This document shows, one piece after another, positions 17,344 through 24,000 of a DNA stretch of 24,000 nt. Each line of letters starts with the position of its first letter. Position 1 is the first letter of the stretch. The stretch covers positions 81,979 through 105,978 of the forward strand of contig CAJTCS010000006.1 of NCBI GenBank assembly GCA_910574995.1, given 5' to 3'. Both the position numbers and the translations under genes were made by a program. Source of the stretch: Oscillospiraceae bacterium (GTDB lineage: Bacteria > Bacillota > Clostridia > Oscillospirales > Acutalibacteraceae). The notes below the pieces were generated by a model. It ran no database searches and was not told where the DNA came from. It saw nothing but the letters and a program-made list of their open reading frames with translations.

Positions 17344-19941
17344 ATGAGCAAGAAAATTTTAGCGGCCCTGCTTGCTGTTATGATGGTGCTGTCTTTGGTG
17401 CCCATGACGGCTTTGGCGGCAGAGGAACCGGATGTTATCCGTGCGCCTTTGGGAGATACCACCAATAAATATCCGTCGAATTTACTTAATATTGACGGAT
17501 ATGAAGTTGCGTATGAGGAAGACTCAACCATTACCGAAGAAGATGTTACGGCCTATAAGGTTGCCGTGACACACCCCGCCCTGCTGAAACATTCCAATAA
17601 TGCAAACCCGCAGGTTTCTGGCCTTTGGGTAGGCATTGGTGTCAAAATCACTACGCCAGGTGAGGGCGAAGGAAAAGACGGGACTGGAAGCTCGTATTTT
17701 GCCTTTGTGACCGACAAGACAGACTTTTCTGAAATTGCAGGAGTATTCAAAGAAAAGGACTGGGCAGGTCAAGGCGTTGCGGGCTATTCCGAGTATGGCT
17801 GGCGTGCACATGAGAATGGCTATGTATTCCAGTGGTATAACCTTGCCGATACAACAAAATATGAAGGCAAGACCCCCTATCTGGTGGAGCGCAACCCCCA
17901 GGAAAACGGCGGCTATACCTACAAAGCATACAAGCTTGATTTCGATGTGACAGAGGGCCATCTCGTAAAATATGAGGCCCCCCTTACTGGCAGCCTGTCT
18001 GTTGAGGCCAATGGTCAAAAAGTTAGCGCTGCGGGCACTCCCGTTGCAAAGGGCACAGAATTGACCATCACCGCAACACCGGAAGAGTATTTTAAGATCA
18101 AAGCGGTCAAGGCCGGAGAGACGGAGTTGGAAGCGGCGGCTGACGGCACTTATAAGACTACCGTGAACGCGGACGTAACCATTTCCGTTGAGTTCGAGAC
18201 AGACTCAGAAGCCACCGGTATGGTTGGCGCCCCGGCAGTACAGGATGTGCCTGATACCATTACGGGTGACAACGCTACTTTGGCTAATAGTGTAAAAACG
18301 GAACTGGCAAAATCGGACGCTGTAACTTTTGACAACACTGTTATGCAGGCCGCCGCCGCTAAAGAGGCTGCAAAGTCTAAGGAGACCGGCGCAACAGGCC
18401 TGACTGCGCTGCAAGCCAGCGGCATTACAAACAGCGAAGTGACGAATGTCGATACTGCAGAGGGTGTAAACATTGCGGTACTCACTTACATGGATATTTC
18501 TATCACGGATGCAGTCAGTGAGAATGGAACTACCGGTTCTGTTACGCTGGATATCCAGCCGAGGGCTAAAACAATTGCAACTGTGAAGAACCTTGAATCC
18601 GAAGCAAATAGCATTGTCATACTGGACGAAGAGAAAACCAATGTTGCCACAGCTAACACTGTTGAACTCAGCGATGAGGAAATCACCATCGATAGCCCTA
18701 CGGATGTGAGTTTAACATTGCCTGCCGGGTTCCTGAGTAATGGAACCTATACGGTAGAACACAAAAAGACTACGGGCCAGAATTACTACTATGATGGCAC
18801 AGTGACCAGTAACATGCTTTCTTTCACAAGCCAGCACGGGTTCAGCGAATTCACTATACCTTCTGCCACGACCCCGGTTGCCGAAGTAAACGGCACAAAG
18901 TTTGCAACCCTTGAAGATGCCATTGCCAATGTCAACGGCGGGACTATTGTATTGTTGGCGGACAATTTGCCCGCCACTGTCAATACTGCTATGACATTTA
19001 CTGTCAAGAGCAAGGACGGGGAAACCTTTACAGCTGCTATTACTGCTGGTTCTTCTGTAAAAATGTCAACTGTAGACAATGGAGATGGCAGTATAACATA
19101 CACCTTTACTTCCAAGGGTAGCGGCTCCACTGGCGGTTCCAGCGGCGGCTCCTCCGGCACCAGCGGCAACATTACGGTCACCAAGCCCGCTAACGGCACC
19201 GTGACCACCACCCCCAGCAGCGCCAAAGAAGGCGACAAGGTAACTGTGACCGTCAAGACCGACGCGCCCTACTACATCGTGACCGGCATCACCGTCAAGG
19301 GCGAAAACGGCAACGTTGTTGCCACCAAGAACGCCGACGGCACCTACAGCTTCACCATGCCCAAGGGCAGCGTGAGCGTGAGCGCCACAATCAGCCATAT
19401 TTACAACCTGTTCAAAGACGTACCCACCGACATTGCCGAGTACGGCACAGCCATCAAGTGGGCTGTAGAAAAGGGCATCACCCTGGGCACCGACACAGTT
19501 GCCTACAGCACCTTCAGCCCCTACAACCCCTGCACCCGCGCCCAGATGGTCGTGTTCCTCTACCGCGCGGCGGGCAGCCCCACTGTGACCGGCACAAACG
19601 CCTTTACCGACGTTCCCAACGATGCCGAGATCCAGAAGGCTGTCCAGTGGGCCGTAAGCAAGGGCATCACCAAGGGCACCAGCGACACGACCTTTGACCC
19701 CTACGCCCCCTGCACCCGCGGCCAGATGGTGACCTTCCTGCACCGCAACCACAGCGAGCCTGCGGCCACCGGCAGCAACAATTTTGCCGATGTGCCCGCC
19801 GACGCTTTCTACAAGACTGCTGTGCAGTGGGCAGTAAACGAGGGCATCACCAACGGCACCGGTGATACTACCTTTGCCCCCAACGATGCCTGCACCCGCG
19901 TGCAGATGGTGACTTTCCTGTATCGGGATATGGGGAAGTAA
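17344..19941 (+). CDS. Large secreted cell-surface protein with three C-terminal SLH (S-layer homology) domains
   Basis: TAGGAGG RBS. Signal peptide MSKKILAALLAVMMVLSLVPMTALAAE. Gly/Ser linker GSGSTGGSSGGSSGTSG at about 19117-19167. Three SLH units: FKDVP...AIKWAVEKGITLG...CTRAQMVVFLYR, FTDVP...AVQWAVSKGITKG...CTRGQMVTFLHR, FADVP...AVQWAVNEGITNG...CTRVQMVTFLYR. Confidence 0.9.
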   Translation: MSKKILAALLAVMMVLSLVPMTALAAEEPDVIRAPLGDTTNKYPSNLLNIDGYEVAYEEDSTITEEDVTAYKVAVTHPALLKHSNNANPQVSGLWVGIGVKITTPGEGEGKDGTGSSYFAFVTDKTDFSEIAGVFKEKDWAGQGVAGYSEYGWRAHENGYVFQWYNLADTTKYEGKTPYLVERNPQENGGYTYKAYKLDFDVTEGHLVKYEAPLTGSLSVEANGQKVSAAGTPVAKGTELTITATPEEYFKIKAVKAGETELEAAADGTYKTTVNADVTISVEFETDSEATGMVGAPAVQDVPDTITGDNATLANSVKTELAKSDAVTFDNTVMQAAAAKEAAKSKETGATGLTALQASGITNSEVTNVDTAEGVNIAVLTYMDISITDAVSENGTTGSVTLDIQPRAKTIATVKNLESEANSIVILDEEKTNVATANTVELSDEEITIDSPTDVSLTLPAGFLSNGTYTVEHKKTTGQNYYYDGTVTSNMLSFTSQHGFSEFTIPSATTPVAEVNGTKFATLEDAIANVNGGTIVLLADNLPATVNTAMTFTVKSKDGETFTAAITAGSSVKMSTVDNGDGSITYTFTSKGSGSTGGSSGGSSGTSGNITVTKPANGTVTTTPSSAKEGDKVTVTVKTDAPYYIVTGITVKGENGNVVATKNADGTYSFTMPKGSVSVSATISHIYNLFKDVPTDIAEYGTAIKWAVEKGITLGTDTVAYSTFSPYNPCTRAQMVVFLYRAAGSPTVTGTNAFTDVPNDAEIQKAVQWAVSKGITKGTSDTTFDPYAPCTRGQMVTFLHRNHSEPAATGSNNFADVPADAFYKTAVQWAVNEGITNGTGDTTFAPNDACTRVQMVTFLYRDMGK

Positions 19942-19986
19942 GCCAAATTTGACATGAGTACAAGAAATCACATATCTATCTAAAAG

Positions 19987-20018
19987 AGGAAGGGCAGCGC
20001 ATAAGCGCTACCCTTCCT
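19987..20018. terminator. Bidirectional terminator hairpin between convergent genes
   Basis: AGGAAGGGCAGCGC (19987-20000), loop ATAA, GCGCTACCCTTCCT (20005-20018). One mismatch in a 14-bp GC-rich stem. Confidence 0.65.
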
Positions 20019-20270
20019 TCATGTCCTCATCAGCACAAACCACCGGCCGCTGTCCTCAAATAAATGCGTTTCCTTGCCTTTTACCACAACCGTGTACTGC
20101 TTGGCGATTTCATGGGTAGTATGGTCTTTTGTCAGCCCCACCCGCTTCACTTCCTCTATGTCGAACTCACCTACCAGGGGGATGTGGATCGTCCGGGGCC
20201 GCACTTCCCCGTCCACATAATGGGTGGCTAAAACCTCAACGTATTGTTTCCGTCTGCTCTCCGTTAGCAT
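20019..20270 (-). CDS. Hypothetical small protein (83 aa)
   Basis: ATG 20270 has GGGGA 7 nt upstream. No motif I recognise. Its 5' end overlaps the upstream ORF by 35 nt. Confidence 0.5.
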   Translation of the reverse strand: MLTESRRKQYVEVLATHYVDGEVRPRTIHIPLVGEFDIEEVKRVGLTKDHTTHEIAKQYTVVVKGKETHLFEDSGRWFVLMRT

Positions 20271-20571
20271 GGCTGAAATCCCCCTGCAAATCGTAAATGT
20301 CCGTAAAAGGGATGAACGTGCCCGACAGCACCAGGGCCTGGGCCAGCTCGTCCACTTCCTCTACTATGTCCGTTTCCGTCACATACTCGCCTATCTCATA
20401 GTCCCCGATGGCTTTCCGCAGGCAGAAGTAGGTGACTGTCACCCTGTCCCCCGCGCTGATCTGGCACAGCCTGCGTTCCAAGACCTCCTGCATATCCTCC
20501 GACAGCCACGCCCTCTCTATGAGGGCGTTTTCTTTTTCCTTTGTCAGAACGGCGATATCGAAACCTCTCAA
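20236..20571 (-). CDS. Hypothetical protein, loosely YolD-like; start unclear
   Basis: DRVTVTYF...G.Y..G.V...D.....L.L.G.FIPFTDIYDLQGD resembles the YolD-like pattern (V.hTYh...G......G.h..hD....L.h.....I.F.DI.Dh). This is by-eye resemblance only. The TTG start at 20571 has no convincing RBS. Confidence 0.4.
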   Translation of the reverse strand: MRGFDIAVLTKEKENALIERAWLSEDMQEVLERRLCQISAGDRVTVTYFCLRKAIGDYEIGEYVTETDIVEEVDELAQALVLSGTFIPFTDIYDLQGDFSHANGEQTETIR

Positions 20572-20729
20572 TGCTGATTATCCGCAAAAAAAGTTATCAT
20601 GAAACCCGCAGAATGGCATAGAAAACCTATCTCCTCCAGTTAAGATTTTCTGATAACATAATCAAACTTTTTCTAGGTAGTTTACCAGAGACGAATTTAT
20701 CAGTTATATTTTTAGACTCTCTAAACCTA

Positions 20730-20758
20730 TTGCAAAATCGTATAATTCATGATATATT
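20730..20758 (+). promoter_or_regulatory. Candidate SigA-type promoter of the SIR2-NTPase gene
   Basis: TTGCAA (20730-20735), a 17-nt spacer, then TATATT (20753-20758), within a ~200-bp AT-rich intergenic region. Confidence 0.55.
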
Positions 20759-20771
20759 GGTAAAAAGGTAA

Positions 20772-23700
20772 ATGGAGGGGTCTATTTTGTTATATTCTTT
20801 TGAAGAAATCATGGCGTACCATCCGGATAACATAAATGTATATAATGAAATCAAGCGGTCTTTATCCAAGCTGGTTCCCTTTGTCGGGGCCGGGCTGACC
20901 CAGTTTGCTTACTGTTCATGGTCTAAGGCACTTAAGGCTCTTGCCCAAAAACTGACAAATACGAAGAATAAGCAGGAAGTAGATGCACTGATTAAGGAAG
21001 AACACTATATGGACGCAGCCCAAAAGCTGGAGGAGCTGCGGACGCCGGCAAACCTTGCCCATGACATAGTCGGCCTCTTTTCAGGGGACAAGCTGGACGC
21101 CAAACGGGAGCAGCTCCGAAAAGAGCCAATCGCCCTGTTACCCTTTCTGTTTCCTGGACTTGTGTTGACCACAAATTTTGATGAAACGTTGGAAACCATA
21201 TACAGGGAATGCGGGCATCCCTTTGACTGTCCTCTTTTCCCAGGCCACCCGGAACTGCTCAGTGGACTGCTTCGCGAAGATGGAACCAGTGGCCTGCTGA
21301 AGCTTCATGGCTCCATAACTGGCGGGCTAGTTGAATACAGCAAAATTGTGTTTACAAAAGAACAGTATGACAGGCACTATGGAATAGGTAGCCCTTTAGT
21401 AGAAGAATTAAAATTCTGCTTTAAAAATAGGATGATGCTCTTCTTAGGGTGTAGCCTCAAGGATGACCGCACCATGGAACTGCTGCAGGAGATAATCAAA
21501 CCTGGCTGCTATTACTACACGATTATCAACTGTAAAAGGGCCGAGCGGGATGAAAAAATTAAGCAGTTAGGTGAGAGGCACATCCGGGCTATCGTATATG
21601 AAAACAACCGCCATGAAGCAGTCCGAGTGATACTGGAACACCTGCTGGAAGAAACCAACCCTGACGCTTATCATGCGCTCCCGGTTCATGTAGGAGCGTT
21701 AAAGTCCATCAATATGTCGGAACGATTCTCCTACAAAGCGGAAATCATCCCCTTTACAGGCCGAAAACGGGAACTGGAAGAACTCCAGGCGTTTCTGGGG
21801 GAGCCGGATATTGCGTTCCGATGGTGGGCGGTTACAGGGCCGGGCGGGGCAGGAAAAAGCCGGCTGGCCTATGAGCTTAAAAAGCAAGCTTCTTTAGACT
21901 GGGACGTGCGGTATCTGGGAACGGAGGATTATGAGGACTTGCCCCGGCTGACGGAAAACCTTTCAGGGAAAACACTGCTGGTTGCGGACTACGTGCAGGA
22001 ACACGCAAGGGCTATTGGAAAATGGATGGCCCTTCTCAGGGAATATCCCCGCAGCCTTCCTATCCGGGTTCTGCTAGTGGAGCGGAACACGGGGGAGAAG
22101 CTAGACGGGTTTGGATGGACGGAGCAGCTATATGAGGACGTCCGCCACACAAAAGAATTGCGGGATGCCTGCTTTCGTGAATCATTCCTGGCACTGCAGT
22201 CCCTGCCGGACGAAGATCTGTTGGATGTCATGGGAGATTACGCTCTGGCTGTCAGACCGGGCACCAGCCTGCCTGACAGCCAGAAACAGGCCCTGCTCCA
22301 AAAGCTTAAAACCATAGACCCGGAACTGTGCCGCCCGCTGTATGCCCTGTTTTTGACGGATGCGTATATAAATGGGCAGAATCCGGAGCGGTGGGATAGG
22401 AATGACGTTTTGAATTACATAAAGGAGCGGGAGGAAAGACGGCTGAAATTCAATATAAAGCAGGTGCTGGGGGGAATAGATAAGAAGCTTTGGAATGCCT
22501 GCCTGTGGCTACAGTACACGGCAACCGTGCTTCAGAATGCTTCCTTACAGGATTTGAAGCTGCTTTGCCCCGAAGCCTGGGTGGTTATTGAAATGAAAGA
22601 GGAAACCGTAGGTTCTGCTGATTCCCCAGAGGATATGCTGGAGCAGATAGGGCTTGCGGCAAATGGGCAGGTGCCGGCCCTGCGCCCGGATTTGATAGGG
22701 GAATACGCAGTGTACACCTGGTTGCTGGAGCACCCGGAGAAAAGCCAGGACTTCCTTACGGCTGTATGGGAAAAGCCTTTACCTGCGACTGTGTTTTTTG
22801 AGATGCTAATTAGTGACTATGGCTATTTATTAAACGAAAGCCCAAAACACTGGGAACTTCTTCTGTCAGAGTATGTTCCCATATCAGAGGAAGCAGCATT
22901 ATGGTATGCATGCCTTTTGGCAAATTCTACAGCTTTTTGCAGCATAGTGGAGGAAAGTAAACGGCAGACAGAAATACTGGAAGCGATTGCGCATAACTAC
23001 CCTAAAAATATGGCTATTGTGGAGGCTCTTGCCAGGGGCCTAGTCAATTTGAGTTGTGATCAGGATGAACAGAGGGCTTTGGAAACTGTAAAACGTCTGG
23101 AACGCCTTACAGATAAATATCCCGGCGTACAGGATATTGCGACAGAGTTCGCCACGGGCCTGTTCAATTTGAGTTGTGATCAGGATGAACAGAGGGCTTT
23201 GGAAACTGTAAAACGTCTGGAACGCCTTACAGATGAATATCCCAGCGTACAGGATATTGCGACAGAGTTCGCCAAGGGTCTGGTCAATTTGAGTTGTGAT
23301 CAGGATGAACAGAGGGCTTTGGAAGCTGTAAAACGTCTGGAACGCCTTACAGATGAATATCCCGGCGTACAGGATATTGCGACAGAATTCGCCAATGGTC
23401 TGGTCAATTTGAGTTGTGATCAGGATGAACAGGGAGTTTTGGAAACTGTAAACCGTCTGGAACGCCTTACAGATGAATATCCCGGTGTGCAGGATATTGC
23501 GATAGAGTTCGCCAAGGGCCTGTTCAATTTGAGCTGTATTCAGGATGGAGAGGGGGTTTCTGAAACTGTAAAACGTTTGGAACGCCTTACAGATGAATAT
23601 CCCGGCGTGCTGGATATCGCGATTGAGTTCGCCAAGGGCCTGTTCAATTTGAGCAGGAAACAGGATAAGCAAGGGGTCTCTGAAACTGTAAAACACTTGG

Positions 23701-24000
23701 AATGCCTTATAAAAAGGCATCCTGGCGTGCAGGATATTGCGATAGCGTTTGCCAAGGGCCTGGCCAATTTGAGCTGTATTCAGGATGAACAGGGAGCCTC
23801 TGAAGCTGTAAACCGTCTGGAACGCCTTACAGGTGAATATCCCGGCGTGCAGGGTATTGCGATAGCGTTCGCCAGGGGCCTGTTCAATTTGAGCTGTATT
23901 CAGGATGAACAGGGAACCTCTGAAACTGTAAACCGTCTGGAACGCCTTACAGGTGAATATCCCGGCGTGCAGGATATTGCGATAGAGTTCACCAGGGGCC
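20772..24000 (+). CDS. SIR2-like domain + P-loop STAND-like NTPase + 40-aa helical tandem repeats (Avs/NLR-like candidate antiphage protein), 3' end beyond window
   Basis: This ORF is absent from the ORF track because it has no stop in the window. I translated it by hand from ATG 20772, which directly follows an in-frame TAA, to nt 24000 with no stop. TTG 20787 lies 6 nt after GGAGGGG and is an alternative start. SIR2_2-like: LVPFVGAGLTQFA, LVLTTNFDETLE, LLKLHGSI, MLFLGCSLKDDR. NTPase: FTGRKRELEEL, Walker A VTGPGGAGKSRLA, Walker B TLLVADYV, RVLLVERN, LRPDLIGEYAVY. Repeats run from about 22920. Confidence 0.85.
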   Translation, partial: MEGSILLYSFEEIMAYHPDNINVYNEIKRSLSKLVPFVGAGLTQFAYCSWSKALKALAQKLTNTKNKQEVDALIKEEHYMDAAQKLEELRTPANLAHDIVGLFSGDKLDAKREQLRKEPIALLPFLFPGLVLTTNFDETLETIYRECGHPFDCPLFPGHPELLSGLLREDGTSGLLKLHGSITGGLVEYSKIVFTKEQYDRHYGIGSPLVEELKFCFKNRMMLFLGCSLKDDRTMELLQEIIKPGCYYYTIINCKRAERDEKIKQLGERHIRAIVYENNRHEAVRVILEHLLEETNPDAYHALPVHVGALKSINMSERFSYKAEIIPFTGRKRELEELQAFLGEPDIAFRWWAVTGPGGAGKSRLAYELKKQASLDWDVRYLGTEDYEDLPRLTENLSGKTLLVADYVQEHARAIGKWMALLREYPRSLPIRVLLVERNTGEKLDGFGWTEQLYEDVRHTKELRDACFRESFLALQSLPDEDLLDVMGDYALAVRPGTSLPDSQKQALLQKLKTIDPELCRPLYALFLTDAYINGQNPERWDRNDVLNYIKEREERRLKFNIKQVLGGIDKKLWNACLWLQYTATVLQNASLQDLKLLCPEAWVVIEMKEETVGSADSPEDMLEQIGLAANGQVPALRPDLIGEYAVYTWLLEHPEKSQDFLTAVWEKPLPATVFFEMLISDYGYLLNESPKHWELLLSEYVPISEEAALWYACLLANSTAFCSIVEESKRQTEILEAIAHNYPKNMAIVEALARGLVNLSCDQDEQRALETVKRLERLTDKYPGVQDIATEFATGLFNLSCDQDEQRALETVKRLERLTDEYPSVQDIATEFAKGLVNLSCDQDEQRALEAVKRLERLTDEYPGVQDIATEFANGLVNLSCDQDEQGVLETVNRLERLTDEYPGVQDIAIEFAKGLFNLSCIQDGEGVSETVKRLERLTDEYPGVLDIAIEFAKGLFNLSRKQDKQGVSETVKHLECLIKRHPGVQDIAIAFAKGLANLSCIQDEQGASEAVNRLERLTGEYPGVQGIAIAFARGLFNLSCIQDEQGTSETVNRLERLTGEYPGVQDIAIEFTRG
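23040..24000 (+). repeat. Tandem 120-bp coding repeats, 8 full copies in the window and continuing past the edge
   Basis: Units start at 23040, 23160, 23280, 23400, 23520, 23640, 23760 and 23880. Unit 1 and unit 2 differ at 6 of 120 nt by hand alignment. Consensus: L(V/F)NLSC(D/I)QDEQ..(L/S)E(T/A)V(K/N)RLERLT(D/G)EYPGVQDIA(T/I)EFA.G. A degenerate unit lies at 22920-23039. Confidence 0.95.

Noticed and set aside
19066-19971. Minus-strand ORF of 301 aa inside the SLH gene
   Set aside because: It is an artefact of the very high GC3 of the SLH-encoding segment. The product is low-complexity and Gly/Ala/Val-rich, and there is no RBS. The plus strand encodes unmistakable SLH domains.
23040-23767. 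Minus-strand ORFs 23040-23720 (226 aa) and 23540-23767 (75 aa)
   Set aside because: They are antisense shadows of the tandem repeats, and their own translation is simply the periodic repeat read backwards. The plus-strand frame is continuous with the SIR2-NTPase ORF.
23040-24000. CRISPR array
   Set aside because: The 120-bp units are directly adjacent with no spacers. They are in frame and translate into a regular helical repeat of the long plus-strand ORF.

Overview
The window reads as the accessory or cargo side of a Firmicutes/Clostridia-type integrative conjugative element (inferred from GGAGG ribosome-binding sites, SLH and Spo0A_C-like domains, and a Firmicute-style coupling protein). 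Backbone genes lie at 1-5 kb: a partial Sel1-repeat protein, a DUF3991/Toprim protein, a VirD4-like coupling ATPase and a small winged-helix protein. A dense run of XRE/RHH regulators and an M56 (BlaR1-like) protease operon follows at 5-10 kb. Three items stand out. (1) At 11.4-14.3 kb, one ~960-codon ORF fuses a complete ExoIII/APE-type EEP nuclease to the N-terminus of a group-II-intron-like reverse transcriptase. There is no intron ribozyme. The ORF ends in a Cys/His knuckle and an extra C-terminal domain. It has the same domain order as LINE ORF2. It is flanked upstream by a SLOG/DUF1273 gene and a duplicated unknown domain, and downstream by a NYN-domain protein. (2) At 16.0-17.3 kb, a small serine recombinase gene is followed by a candidate ~170-bp invertible switch with 28-bp inverted repeats matching 25/28. 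The switch carries an outward-facing promoter and lies upstream of an 865-aa surface protein with three SLH domains. (3) From 20.8 kb to the window end, an ORF open past nt 24000 encodes a SIR2-like domain, a P-loop STAND-like NTPase and at least 8 near-identical 120-bp (40-aa) tandem repeats, an Avs/NLR-like antiphage architecture. I saw no rRNA, tRNA or CRISPR array. All family names come from reading motifs by eye, with no database search.
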